This document shows positions 40,930 through 55,302 of a stretch of DNA of 64,000 nt, one piece after another. Source of the stretch: Eledone cirrhosa (Eukaryota); the NCBI GenBank assembly GCA_964016885.1, contig OZ024742.1, forward strand, positions 148,428,001 to 148,492,000, read 5' to 3'. A program made the translations under genes and the position numbers. The notes beneath the pieces are model-generated. The model was not told the origin of the DNA and made no database searches. It saw only the letters and a list, made by a program, of their open reading frames with translations. The stretch's first letter is position 1; each line of letters starts with the position of its first letter.

Positions 40930-41031
40930 CGCCGAGGTTGACTTTGCCTTTCATCCTTACGGGGTCGATAAAATAAAGTACCAGTAATGAACTGGTGGTT
41001 GCTGGCCTTGTGCCTAAAGTAGAAACAATTA
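40930..41031 (+). mobile_element. 5'-truncated Meta-like SINE with probable target-site duplication (ttatgtagcatc)
   Basis: Central domain plus tail; ttatgtagcatc occurs at 40919-40930 and 41029-41040. Confidence 0.7.
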
Positions 41032-41075
41032 TGTAGCATCTCTTTTCTGTCTCTTAACGTCTCTTAATTCCAGGC

Positions 41076-41235
41076 GTGTATGTATGTATGTATGTATGTA
41101 TGTATGTATGTATGTATGTATGTATGTATGTATGTATGTATGTATGTATGCATGTATGTATGCATGTATGTATGCATGTATGTGTTTGTCTTTCTGCTAT
41201 TTCAAGCATTGTTTTGTTATTTTTATTATTACTTT

Positions 41236-41269
<34 letters not shown>

Positions 41270-41392
41270 TGTATGTATGTATGTATGTATGTATGTATGC
41301 ATGTATGTATGTATGTATGTATGAATGAATGCATTTATGTGTTTGTCTTCCTGCTATTTCAAGCATTGTTTTGTTATTTTTATTATTACTTT

Positions 41393-41426
<34 letters not shown>

Positions 41427-41533
41427 TGTATGTATGTATGTATGTATGTATGTATGTATGTATGTATGTATGCATTTATGTGTTTGTCTTTCTGCTATTT
41501 CAAGCATTGTTTTGTTATTTTTATTATTACTTT

Positions 41534-41567
<34 letters not shown>

Positions 41568-41635
41568 TGTATGTATGTATGTATGTATGTATGTATATGT
41601 ATATTATGTATGTATGTTATTTTTATTATTACTTT

Positions 41636-41669
<34 letters not shown>

Positions 41670-41763
41670 TGTATGTATGTATGTATGTATGTATGTATGT
41701 ATCTATGTATGTATGCATGCATGTATGCATGTATGTATGTATGTATCTATGTATGTATGTATG

Positions 41764-41797
<34 letters not shown>

Positions 41798-41871
41798 TGC
41801 ATTTATGTGTTTGTCTTCCTGCTATTTCAAGCATTGTTTTGTTATTTTTATTATTACTTTTATATACATAC

Positions 41872-41902
<31 letters not shown>

Positions 41903-42250
41903 TGTATGTATGTATGTATGTATGTATGTATGTATGTATGTATGTATGTATGTATGTGTGTATGCATGTACGTACGTATGTATGTATGTAGGTATGCATG
42001 CATGTATGTATTCATGTACGTGTGTAGGAATGTATGTTTTTGTATGCATGTGTGCATGCATGCGTATATTCATGCATATATGTGAATTTATACATGTATA
42101 TATATGCATGTTTGTATATATGAATGTATGCATGTATATACATATGCATGTATGCTTATATGTGTATATATGAGTGGATTTATGTGTATGTATGCGTGTT
42201 TAGGTATGTATGTATGCATATTTGTATGACTGCGTGCATGTATGTATATT

Positions 42251-42298
<48 letters not shown>

Positions 42299-42390
42299 TG
42301 TATGTATGTATGTATGTATGTATGTGTGTATGTATATGTGTATATATGAGTATATTTATTTGTATGTATGTATGTGTGTGCATGCATGTA
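41076..42390. repeat. (TATG)n field with four interspersed copies of an approximately 60-bp unit
   Basis: tgtgtttgtctt.ctgctatttcaagcattgttttgttatttttattattactttta at about 41181, 41339, 41479 and 41806, with a partial copy at 41616. Confidence 0.9.
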
Positions 42391-42663
42391 TGTATATTCT
42401 TACTTCTTGGATGGAGTTTTAGACTTTATACTGACCGGCCGATCATCAGTGATAAGATTGTACGAAATAAAAGCTTTGGATTGGGTTTACGGTACTTATT
42501 CTTTGCGGGACCAGGCAAACATTAATATTTTATAATGAAGATGTTTTTTCCCCGTCGTATAGTGGTCATCTGTAGTGTATGCTTGTATGTGTGTGTGTGA
42601 TTGAGTATATAGTATGTATGTGTGTTTTATATATGTATGTATGTATGTGTATACATAAATGAT

Positions 42664-42833
<170 letters not shown>

Positions 42834-43075
42834 AGTCCCGGGTTCAATCGGGTGTTACCTCAGTAAGGAAAGTACTGAGCACACTAATAGAATGTAAACA
42901 TCATGTTTAATATAGAAGTGGCTTCTACAGGACTAGAACTGTTTCATTCAAAAAATCATCATAAAGAAATTGTTATATATATATATATATGTAGGAGGTG
43001 AGTTTTATTGTAGTACAATAAAGCAATGCAGATATCGGATAAGTAGCACTCTACAGTTTGTGGGACTGGAGTATA

Positions 43076-43122
<47 letters not shown>

Positions 43123-44029
43123 TACAGACACGTGTAAATTTAACGTCTCTCCCACGGAGATTCCGCGTGGCACAGCGTGTGATATGTCTGGTCCTTTGAA
43201 TTAACTGTACAGTACATCAAAGGATTTCCAAACAATTTCTCTCTACCCGATTTCATTCACAAGGCTTGGGTAGACGCGAGGCTCGAGTAGTCCTGAAGTT
43301 TGGGTTTACCCAAGGCTATGGTAAATGACATATGCCCATGAGGTCATGCCGTGTAATGAAGCCTGAGTCCTGATGATTACTAAGCGAACTTCTTAACTAC
43401 ATACATGATAGCTGCAACTCAATTTCGAATAATGGCATCGCTTGATATTTAAGCATGTGCATCACAACGCGGTTCTGAAGTCCTGCTAGGGACTTGGCTA
43501 TGGCAAGCAATACCATGCATCACAGAAAATTCCACATATCAAGCGATGCCTGTGCTTGAAGCTTTTGCACGGGGCCAATTCCACTCTCTGAACATTGAAT
43601 GCATTTGCCCAAAAAGAAGAACTGGTCTACATCATTGGATGCAAACAAAGTCGCAGGTTTTATATCAGAGAGCCCTTCTTCCAGAGAGATGTCTTAATGA
43701 ATACTAGGAGTCACCCCCCCCCCCCCACACAAAAAAACTTTATTGGATGGCCGTTGACTTTCCTGAGTTCGTTCGCCATTTGACGGGTTTTGTTTTTCAT
43801 CCCACAGGATGTCCGAAATCACCCCCCTCACCAGGCAGGCTCCGTGGGGTTACCGGTTCAGTCACCGGCGACCCGACCATGCACAGGTTGTATTGGATGT
43901 CTTGTTACCAGTAGCACTGAAGAGCAACCTACCTACCTACATACATACATACAAACATACATACATACATACATACATACATACATACATACATACATAC
44001 ATACATACATACATACATACATACATACA

Positions 44030-44350
44030 TGAGACAGGGAAAAGAAGGCATGCACAGTAGTGGAAGTCAGCTGCCCAGCAGATGCCGATATGATATTAAA
44101 CATTAGCGAAAAGGAGACATCTATGCAGAAATGATAAGGGATCTGATAAAAGTCCACCCTGACTATACCTTCAAATCTATACCTGTGACTATTGGGGCTC
44201 TGGGATATGTTACTAACTGCCTTAGTACAAATCTTGAGGAGCTGGGCTTCACAGAACTAGCAAGGACACGACTAGTAAGAAAGTTAAGAATATAATCTAT
44301 TAATGGTACTGTAAAAATATATAAAACATTCCAAATATTCTACATGTAAT
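44030..44350 (+). mobile_element. R4/Dong-like non-LTR retrotransposon 3' fragment, family B
   Basis: Translates CTVVEVSCPADADMILNISEKE...YTFKSIPVTIGALGYV...GTVKIYKTF. This is an RLE C-terminus, preceded by (CATA)n. Confidence 0.75.
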
Positions 44351-44438
44351 AACTGCATGTACACATGTACCGATACAAAGCATATGCACATGTACACATA
44401 TAACTCAAAACATACAGACCCTCATATATAATAACATC

Positions 44439-44567
44439 CACACACACACACACACACACTCACACTCACACTCACATACACACACACACTCACACTCACA
44501 CTCACATACACACACGCACAAATACATACACACACGCACACACACACTCACACTCACATACACACAC

Positions 44568-44601
<34 letters not shown>

Positions 44602-44910
44602 ACACACACACTCATACACACACACACACTCACACTCACATACACACACTCACACACACACACACACGCTCACACACACACACACACACTCACACACACA
44701 CACACACACTCACACACACACACACACACTCACACTCACATACACACACTCACACACACACACACACACTCACACACACACACACACACACACTCACACA
44801 CACACACACTCACACACACACACGCACAAATACATACACACACGCACACACACACACACACACACTCACATACACACACGCACAAATACATACACAGACA
44901 CACACTCACA

Positions 44911-44957
<47 letters not shown>

Positions 44958-45317
44958 ACACATACACTCACACTCACATACACACACGCACAAATACATA
45001 CACACACGCACGAATGCATACATGCATACATATTTACCAAGTTCCAATGTCTCTATGTTAGACACCTACTCTCTCTCTCTCGCTATTCGTAAACATTTAT
45101 ATAACTAGGACACACATATACGCACACATACATATACATACACATACACACATACACACATATATACATATATATATATACATATATATACATAGACAGA
45201 TACACACATATATATATATATATATACATACATTCATACATATATAGACACATACACACATATATACACATAGATATATACATATATACATACACACATA
45301 CATATATATACACACAT

Positions 45318-45364
<47 letters not shown>

Positions 45365-46140
45365 CATACATAGACAGATACACACGTATATACACATAGA
45401 TATGTACATATATACATACACACATACATATATATACACACATACATACATATATAAATATAGACGCATACATACATACACACATATACATACATACATG
45501 CATACATGCATGCATACACATATACATACATAGATACAGACATACATACATATATGCGTGTATGTATGTATTCATGTATGTATGTATGCGTGTATATACA
45601 TATACACGCATACATATACACGCATACATACATACATACACACATACACACATACATACATACGCACACATATATACACACATACATATATACATATGTA
45701 GTACGTGCACACGCACATAAAGGCATAATATGCACGATGTTCATTAATATACCTGTATACACAGAAAAAGTATATATTATTTAGTTCAGACACAGGTGAA
45801 ATGCAAACCTCAAATGTTTATACCTAAATTAACTAATGACATATGCACACGCATACACACACGTGTGTGCATGAACAAGCGCACATATGTAAATATTTAC
45901 CTGGTGTAAGTAGAGTAGCGTGCTAGTGTACATACATAATATATACATTCATACATACACACATACATACACATATACATACATACATACATACATACAT
46001 ACATACATACATACATACATACATACATACATACACACATACATAATACATACATACATTCATACATACATTTACATACATACACACATACATACATACA
46101 TACATACATACATACATACATACATACATACATACATACA
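44439..46140. repeat. Complex (CA)n/(CACT)/(CATA)n microsatellite field
   Basis: Direct reading. Confidence 0.9.
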
Positions 46141-46460
46141 AGGAGGACATCTACGGACCATTGATGAGGAGCTTACAAATCCAGTATCCAAGATACACCT
46201 TTAGTTTTATACCCATCATTATTGGAGCTACGGGTTATATACCAACCCGCTTGGACCAAAGTATGACTGAACTTGGATTTGCGGACAAAAAGCGCAGCTC
46301 CCTAATTCATAGTCTACAAATGACTGCGATAGCTGGCACATTCAAAATTTGCAAAACATTCTTGCGATTCAAGGGATGACAATTTCTTTTCTTTTACAAC
46401 CTTGCCACCAGGAAGGTGGCCGGTCAAAAAAATATACTCGAAATTAAGAGAAAGAGATAA
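46141..46460 (+). mobile_element. R4/Dong-like non-LTR retrotransposon 3' fragment, family A, within (CATA)n
   Basis: EDIYGPLMRSLQIQYPRYTFSFIPIIIGATGYIP...[14 protein letters not shown], then a short 3' UTR ending gaaagagataa-(CATA). Confidence 0.8.
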
Positions 46461-46496
46461 CATACACACATAGATACATACATGCATACATACATC

Positions 46497-46830
46497 GAAG
46501 ACTCCCTTCGGTCACGAATACCATGGGATTTGCAACTAGAAATTTTCCCCTCTGAGGCACAAATCCGGGTAAGGTTGTTTGTGGAAGATCGGTAGTCGCC
46601 CATGCATAGCAGTCTCCCCCTCTCCGCGCCACCGATGATGTCCAAATGAAAGGCAATGGCTGATATAGCTTGGCACCAGTGACGTCGCAATTCATTTCTA
46701 CAGCTGAGCAAGCTGGAGCAACGTGAAATAAAGTGTCTTGCTCAAGGACACAACGCATCACCCGATCCGAGAATCGAACTCACAACCTTTCGATTAAGCG
46801 CCCAATACTCTAACCACTAAGCCATGCGCC

Positions 46831-46833
<3 letters not shown>
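46497..46833 (-). mobile_element. tRNA-derived CORE-like SINE (OR-type); decayed relatives at about 46940-47180, 43130-43410, 48830-49180
   Basis: Minus strand shows tggcttagtggttag (A box), gagttcgattc (B box) and tgtgtccttgagcaagacact. Confidence 0.85.
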
Positions 46834-46898
<65 letters not shown>

Positions 46899-47847
46899 TG
46901 CGTAAATGCTGTTATTTCCGACGGCGATTGCTTCAGTTGATTAATCTAAGGGATTGGTTGATTGTGAATTTACACGTACATCCTTAACATAGTACTCAGG
47001 GTGATTCAGTGTGACACAATGTGTGACAAGGTTAGCCCCTTGAATTATAGGTGCAACTCATTTTGCCAGCTAAGTAGACTGGGTCAATGTGAAATAAAGT
47101 TCTTGTTCAAGGACATAACGCACCGCCCTGTCCGAAAATCGATATCACACGGCCTTTCTATCGTGGACAACACCCTAAGTTCCTAATATGCATGCGTACA
47201 AGCATGCATACATATATACAAACATATACATACATACATACATACATACATACATACATACATACATACATACATACCTGCATGTACTGCACAGATACAA
47301 AATATATGCACATGCATACATATAACTCAAAACACCCACATCCACACATACAATAATATCCCTACCTGCACACACACACACCTCTCTCTCTCTCTATTGG
47401 TAAAATATTTTAATAAAATTATAAAACCAGAACATACATACATTTATATATATATGTTTTTTTACTAATACTAAGTGCATACATTGGAAAAGGTGTCCAA
47501 TATCAACTGCATTTCCTCTGCTGTGTAAACCACATACACACTTACATACATATATAGACACGTAATACGTAATAGACATATACATAGAAACAATCATAAA
47601 TACATATGCATCAGAGTTGATTACAATAATTTGTACAATAAATATTTACAAGAAATTACTTTTCCAAAAAGTAACGAAAAGAGCAAAACCCTTTTTGTCA
47701 CATTTTCTGGACATTGTGTTAGCAACTGGCAGTTTCTTTCTCTCTCCTCTCTCTCCCACTCTATCTATCTCTATCTCTCTCTTTGTATATACTGTGTGTG
47801 TTTGTGTGTATTCAGTGTTTGGGTGTATTTTCCACTGACATCCGTTT

Positions 47848-48290
47848 AAATAAAGTACCAGTAATACACTGGGTAATTGCTGGCCCTGTGCCAAAAGTAG
47901 AAACAATCAATTAGTGGTGCAAATATCGGGGGAAAATATATTATATATCAATAATAGTGCAGAGCATTGGCAGTATCGGTAGAGTGTCGGACAGAATGCT
48001 TTGCGGTATTTAGTTACAAGTTTCTACATTCTGAGTTCAAATTCCGCCGAGTTCAATTTTACTTTTCATCTTTCCGAATCTATATTATCCACAAAGCGGG
48101 GAGTGGCAAAGTCGTTAGAACAACTCATAGAATGCTTTACGGTATTCGTTCCGGTTACCCCCGCTATTGGGGTTCAAATCCCGCTAAGGTCAACTTTGCC
48201 TTTTATCCATTCGAGTTCGATTACAAAAAAAATCAGTCTTGGAAGAAAATCGGCTGTGTTCACACTTTGAGAGGGATGACTCCTGCCACG
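47848..48290 (+). mobile_element. Meta-like SINE fragments (47848-47908 tail; 47967-48075; 48098-48290)
   Basis: ggcagtatcggtagag, gagttcaaattccgccgag and gggttcaaatcccgct motifs. Confidence 0.7.
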
Positions 48291-48704
48291 TTTATACCCC
48301 TTACAGCATACAAACTTAGTCTATTTTACGGTTGTATTTTTCTATTTCTTGATGAAGGGCAATAGTTTAAAATGTTAAATCTTCCATTGTTTTTTTGTCA
48401 CATGTAAAATTAAGTACGTTTTTTCCTGTTTGTTTATTTGAAAGATTTTTTTTTTGTTTTTGTTTCCGAAATATTTTATGGAAGTTATTGACTGTTTTTA
48501 GGGGTCCACCTAAACGATTATTTGTTTTATTTCTTTTTATTTCTTGTTCTCTACGATAACAACTTTGTAGCAATGTCATTCCTGTGACAGATGAATGGTA
48601 TTGATCCCTTTGAAATCAACAAGTCATGGGGTTTATAAGAAAATATTGGAATATATTGCAGCTTTAAGCTTTAAATTGTTTAAATGTTTAATTTGAAGCT
48701 TTAA

Positions 48705-48790
<86 letters not shown>

Positions 48791-49650
48791 CAACTTATAT
48801 CGATCTCAATAATTCGACGCCTAGATTGAACAGAGAAATGGGTTTTGATGATGAGTGTTCCGGTTGACTAATTAACCTACTCGTGAAATTAACATGCATG
48901 TAACTGACCATTCCACAAACACGTGTGCACTTAACGTAATTCTCAGGGAGACTCAGTGTTATACTCTATGTTACAAGGCCGACCATTTCAATTACAGGTA
49001 CAGTCTATCGGGCGGGCTTCCAAATAGTTTCCGTCTACCCAATTTCACTCCAAATTTGGGATCGAGCCGATGCTATTACTATAGCATCGGCTCGATCCCA
49101 AATAACATTTGTCCAAGATGCCACACAGTGGTATCGGACCCGAGACCTAATGATTGTAAACTGAACTTCTTAAACATTCGCCCATGCTCTGTCTACAGAT
49201 TGGATAGTAAGTTCCTGCGAAACAGCACTGTACTGTCAATGAAGTTACGCTACACGCATGGATCGTTTCATTTAACTCGGTCTGTGAACCTTTCCCTCTC
49301 TGGTTGAGATGAGAGAGAGAAGAGGAGGGAGAATGGGAAAGAGAGACTCTGAGTTAGAGAGCGAATCAATAAAAGAGAAACATGTTAGATATCTGAAGAG
49401 AGGGGGAAGTACACAGAGTTAAGACAGCAGGATTAACAAACAGGAGACAGAAAGGTACACACACACACACACAAAGTAATACTTAGAAGCACAGATACAC
49501 ACTGAGAAAGAAACACACATACATATAAACACAAACACATTCACACATACCAACACAAACATACAGAGAGAGAGAGAGAGAGGAGGAGAATGAGATAAAG
49601 AGATAGATAAAGAGAGAGGGATATATATATGTGTGTATGTGTATATATGT

Positions 49651-50692
49651 ACTAGCCGAATTACCCGCGCCTTGTTGCCTTTCACACATTTCTTTTTTGT
49701 AAGAAAAGGATGATTGATTTTAAATCAGTGATATAATTTATGGAAAAAAACTCTGCATTTCAATATTACTCAATGTAAAATGTAAGGCATGAAAAATTGG
49801 AAAACATTATTTTTTTGTAATATATCAAATCAAAATTATATTATTAAATCTTATTCTCATTTTGTTTCTTGTAAATAATTTTTTTCAAAATATCAATTCA
49901 AAACTCAATCATTTCATTTTTGTATAAAGCATTATTTTCAAATTGGAAGTTCAAAGTTTAATTATTTATTTTTTAACATAATAAATACCTGAAAATATAT
50001 TTCATACTTCGTCCTAATGAAGAACTTCAGGGTAAACAACATTTCTTGATTGGTTAAAATGTAGAGATTTTTTGAAGCTACAGTCCTTGAAACAACCACA
50101 TAAAACATGCCATGACTGAAACATGGGTTTGTCAGATCTATACCAATAGTTTTGAAAGTTTGATCTTGACTCTTATGATGCTCATGGCAAAGCATGGCCT
50201 CACTGGGAACTGCAGCCTCTTAAATGTAAAAGGCAACTTGCTATCACCTGGTATAAGTGGAATCCTCGGAATGAGAAGAGCTTGATCTTTGTAAGCCCTG
50301 AATATAATGGTTGCTTCAATGAAGTTCTCATGCAATCTTGTTACAACACATCTTGTTCCATTTATTGGCCAACATTTTAACTATAGGGGGTTTAACCCCC
50401 ATTAGGGTGTCTTAAAATTATTTAAATTTGCTGAAATATTGTGAATAGGCATCATATCTTGTCATTTACCTATGGTTTAAATTTCATATAAATCGAAAGA
50501 AAAACATTTTCAGCGGGGGCTTGTGCTCCCGGGGACCCCATTGATTAAAATGAAATATAATTATCCAAGTACCCTGGGCAATGTAGTTTCATAATATATG
50601 GTTATGGTGGTCTATCTCCAAAAAAAATATAGGAGGAGTTCGTGAACAAACAAACAAACAGACAGGAACTACAACTTTATATATATATATAG
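49651..50692 (-). mobile_element. Non-autonomous Helitron retaining a PIF1 helicase C-terminal remnant (about 50040-50362)
   Basis: IPRIPLIPGDSKLPFTFKRLQFPVRPCFAMS/KSQDQT..IGIDL..PCFSHGMFYVVVSR. The minus-strand 3' end is ggcgcgggtaattcggCTAG|T, and the 5' end is ctatatatataaag followed by (GTTT)n. Confidence 0.85.
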
Positions 50693-50729
50693 TGACGAAA
50701 CATAAGTCAATTATATATATATATATATT

Positions 50730-50804
<75 letters not shown>

Positions 50805-51029
50805 TAAGGGATGAGAGATAAAGAGATAAAGTGGTAGGGGATATATAAATATATATATGTACATATATGTGTGTGTAGATAAATAGAGAGAGAGAAACTT
50901 ATATATACACACAGATGGAGAAACACACACACGCACGCACATATATAGAAACAATCGCACAGACACACATACATACAACGGAAGAAGAATCAAGCGAGGG
51001 AGAGAGAGAGGTAGAGAGAGAGGGAGAGA

Positions 51030-51079
<50 letters not shown>

Positions 51080-51179
51080 CAGAGACAGAGTGAGTGTGTG
51101 TGTGTGTGTGAGATGCGTATAACATGCAGCAAGAGCGATAGTGACAAAGAGACATATAAAGAATTAACTAAATAATTGT

Positions 51180-51362
51180 TTAATTGTTTCTACCTCTGGC
51201 ACAAAGCCAGCAATTACCCCAGTGCATTACTGGTACTTTATATTATCGACCCCGTAAGGATGAAAGGCAAAGTTAACCTCGGCGGATTTGAACTCAGAAC
51301 GTAAAGGACCATAACTCTATGCTGCAAAGCATGGTGTCCGACGTTCTATCAATACTGCCAAC
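51180..51362 (-). mobile_element. Meta-like SINE (further decayed copies at 52090-52290, 53245-53523, 62612-62818, 40170-40230, 14297-14360)
   Basis: ggtacttta.attatcgaccccgtaaggatgaaaggcaaagttaacctcggcggatttgaactc. Confidence 0.8.
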
Positions 51363-51802
51363 GTACGAAATTGTATTTCCATGATGTGGCTGAAGAAGAG
51401 AATAGATGCTTGAATTTGTTTATCGTTTATATCCATTTTTTTTCTATGTGCATATTTGCTTCCGGCGAATTTCCACGGAGTGTCCGTCTACCAAATTCTA
51501 CAGACAAGGTTTTGGTCAACCTAAATCTATGGTAAAATACATACATATGATGAAAGTGCCGCACAGTGAACCAAATCCGGAACCAAGAGACTGCGAAGCA
51601 AATGTCTTAGCCACACAGCTCTACCTGCTAAAAATAGACAAATATCCACCTTGGATCTGATGGAAGACCAACGTATGTCGCAAACACGGAAAATACCATC
51701 CCGAGTGAAGTGAGGCACGTAATATATAATTTGCAGACAACGAATTTGAACTCGGGTCCTAGAAAAGTTATTCGCGGCATTCAAATGTTCTAGTGTTACG
51801 CT

Positions 51803-52040
51803 TAGGCCGGTGCTTAACCCGGTTTCATGACGTGAAGCGACTGAGAGTACAAGATTCCCCCTGGACAGGACGCCAGTCCATCGCAGGGTTAAACCCCCAG
51901 CTGTTGCTGGTGCTCATTTTCAGCTGAGTATACTGGATCAAATGTGAAATGAAATGTTTTGTTCAAGGACACAATACGCAGCCCAGCCCAGGAATCGAAC
52001 CCAGGGCATTACGGTCGTAAGTCCAACACCCTTACCACTA
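51803..52040 (-). mobile_element. tRNA-derived SINE with V-domain-like segment
   Basis: Minus strand shows tagtggtaagggtg (A box), gggttcgattcc (B box), tgtgtccttgaacaa and cctgcgatggactggcgtcctgtccagggg. Confidence 0.7.
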
Positions 52041-52710
52041 TATGTATGCATATATATATAGTGGCCTTGAATATATTTCTCTTTATAACATTGGCAAGAT
52101 TCCAGCAGTCTGGGGGAAGGGGACATTCAATTATATTTACCCAAGTATTTAACAAGTACTTTATTTAACGACCCTGGGAGAAAGAAAAGCAAAGTACACT
52201 TCGGCGGGATTTGAACTGAGAACGTAGAGAGTTATAACTAAATACCGCAAGGTATTTTGTCCGATGATCTAACAATACTGCCGTTTCCAACACCATTTAG
52301 TTTAATGACAAGATTAAAACAAGATTTGGCTTCGTTGGGATTTGAACCAATAAACTTGAGACATTAAAACAGATACCATAAATTTATAAAATGTCATAAT
52401 ATAACTACAGCAATATCATCACTCCTGGGGTTATTTGTTTATCACATTCTCGTTTAATCGTCGTTATTTATTACGCAAAATATTTATATATTTCTTTCTA
52501 AATCATGCCAGGAATACAGATCAATAATTCATTAGGGAGGAAAAATGAAAATGATAAATGGTTCAAGAGATATTGAGAGGGAATCAGAGATACCCGAATG
52601 CATAATGGATGAATAGAAGGATGGATGCATAGGTACACATGAAAATGGGTGGGGGTGAATAAAGCTGATGATTAATCTATAAAATATATACATGAATGTG
52701 CATATACATT

Positions 52711-52742
<32 letters not shown>

Positions 52743-52791
52743 AATGTGTGTGTATATGCATTTATGTATATATACGTATATTCATTTCTCT

Positions 52792-52829
<38 letters not shown>

Positions 52830-52874
52830 GATATTAACAAATGGAAACTATATTTATAAAACCATATTTATTTC

Positions 52875-52925
<51 letters not shown>

Positions 52926-52964
52926 GATATTAACAAATGGAAACTATATTTATAAAACCATATT

Positions 52965-53029
52965 TATTTCATTATACATATTTCAAGGATACCAAGTTAA
53001 ATTATGGTGTGCCTTCATCAGACAAAATA
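52965..53029 (-). ncRNA. Type I hammerhead ribozyme family H8
   Basis: Minus strand reads tattttgt-CTGATGA-aggcacacca taatttaact tggtatcctt-GAAA-TATGTA-TA-atgaaata. Stem I is 8 bp with two G-U pairs. Confidence 0.75.
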
Positions 53030-53208
53030 CAATATATACCAGTTTTATAAATAAACATTGACGTACCCTTTCAAAATGCGACCGTTAGTTTTGGAAGACA
53101 TCAGGATAGTATGTTAATATCGTATATCTACTCCAAATATTTGTCGAGTGCTTTATATCAGTTATAAAATATTTACTTGTTGTATCCCAACAATTTAAAT
53201 AGAACTTT

Positions 53209-53249
<41 letters not shown>

Positions 53250-53546
53250 TGCAGTAATGTTTTAAAACTGGCGGAGCCCATCGATCTCCAGGCCTGAGTA
53301 CAGCAGATTTCTTCTAGAGAAGGATAGTGAGTGACAGCGTGGAAGTGAGAAAGAGATATAGAGGAAAAATCGACACCAGTACTGGTACTTTCTTTCATTG
53401 TCCTCGAAAGGATGAAGGGCAAAGTTGACCTCGGTAGCATTTGAACTGAGAGAGCAAAGACTCGGAACGAATACCACAAAGCACGCTATCAAACGTTCTA
53501 AAGACTCTACTAATTCGCCACCATATATATTATATTATATGATATG

Positions 53547-53633
<87 letters not shown>

Positions 53634-53699
53634 GCACGCATACATACATACATACATACATACATACATACATACATACATACATACATACATACACAC

Positions 53700-54090
53700 A
53701 TTGAAAACGTGTTCTGTTGTGGAGATCAGCTGCCCACTCGATGTAAACGTTGTCAGAAAAATACAGGAGAAGGAGGACATCTACGGACCATTGATGAGGA
53801 GTTTACAAATCCAGTATCCAAGATACACCTTTAGCTTCATACCCATCATTACTGGTGCTACGGGTTATATACCAACCCGCTTGGACCAAAGTATGACTGA
53901 ACTTGGATTTGCGGACAAAAAGCGCAGCTGCCTAATTCATAGTCTACAAATGGCTGCGATAGCTGGCACCTTCAAAATTTGCAAGACATTCTTGCGACTA
54001 AAGGGATGACAATTTCTTTTCTTTTACAACCTTGCCACCAGGAAGGTGGCCGGTCAAAAAAATATACTCGAAATTAAGAGAAAGAGAAAA
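53700..54090 (+). mobile_element. R4/Dong-like non-LTR retrotransposon 3' fragment, family A (longest copy), within (CATA)n
   Basis: TCSVVEISCPLDVNVVRKIQEKEDIYGPL...FIPIITGATG, the restriction-like endonuclease C-terminal motifs. (CATA)n lies on both sides. Confidence 0.85.
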
Positions 54091-54636
54091 CATACATACA
54101 TACATACATACATACATACATACATACGTACGTATATATATATATGTCTGTGTGTGTGTGTGTGTGTATAAAAGATGTTACTAATTGGGACTAACAAAAC
54201 CATTATTCAACTTAATACACCATACTTCAAGGAAATAGAGTGTAGATATTATTATAAGACATATATGTCCTACAGTCAAGCTTTGTTTCTCTATCGGATA
54301 TCTGAAAGAAGTTGAAGACGTTGCACACAGTAAGGAACAAAACGGCGATCAAAATTGATCAGGTCTAGAACCGCTTTCAATTCACTGAACCTTTGTTGCC
54401 TTTAGCCTATCTCTTAATATGGGAAGGCCGTTGAGACACCGCTATCGACTTCGCACTCAGTCCTGTTTCTATCTGCTCTCTGTGAGATTGCAACGCCGTA
54501 GTCTGTCCACTCTTTCATGTTACATGCCCATTGTTTGTATGTCAAAGGAAGCTTATATCGGAAGTGGCTCCCTCATATATAAATTGAATATATATAGGAT
54601 ATTGAATGTAACAGACATACAGACTAATAGATAGAT

Positions 54637-55025
54637 ATATTTCTTTATTAGCCACAGGGGCACAAAAGAAGGGGACAAATACAAAGGGGGAAGTTTACAT
54701 ACAATAAAAACGTGTAAAATGTTATCACAAATGGAATTTAAAAAGTTAGTCGATTTGTCGATTTTCCCCAATAGAGGGAGACAATTTATATGGGCAACAC
54801 ATACCCCCGAAAAAAATGTGCAACCCTCATCTCCAGGAGTACGAAGAGTTTGTACTCCTTTCCTCTCCTCCTCCTTTTCCTCAACCTACAGGCTGATATA
54901 GAGAGAAGGCCCATTCACTCGGGCCATTCTCGCCACTTTCACCCACCTTTCATAAAACTTGCTGGGGTACAGCACCTCTCTCTCCATCCTGATTCTTCTT
55001 CCAAAGTGGTATTTGAAAAAAAGAA
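54637..55025 (-). mobile_element. 5'-truncated second Tx1-type copy (diverged subfamily)
   Basis: Minus strand translates FFKYHFGRRIRMEREVLYPSKFYERWVKVARMARVNGPSLYISL*. Its 3' UTR ends aataaagaaatat-(ATCT). Confidence 0.9.
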
Positions 55026-55032
55026 GATAGGC

Positions 55033-55085
<53 letters not shown>

Positions 55086-55302
55086 TATTTCTTTATTTAC
55101 CATAAAGGCACAAAAAGAAGGGACAAATACAAGGAGGGAGTTTACATAAAATCGAGTAAAAAGGGTATAAAATGAAAATAATCGAAAACAACCTCAAAAG
55201 GGAGGGGACGTGATGGGGGTTGCACACACACCCGAAAAAGTGTGCAATCCTTTGCCCGGGGAGCACATGGAGGAGGTGCCCTCCTCTCCTTCACTTCTTT
55301 AC

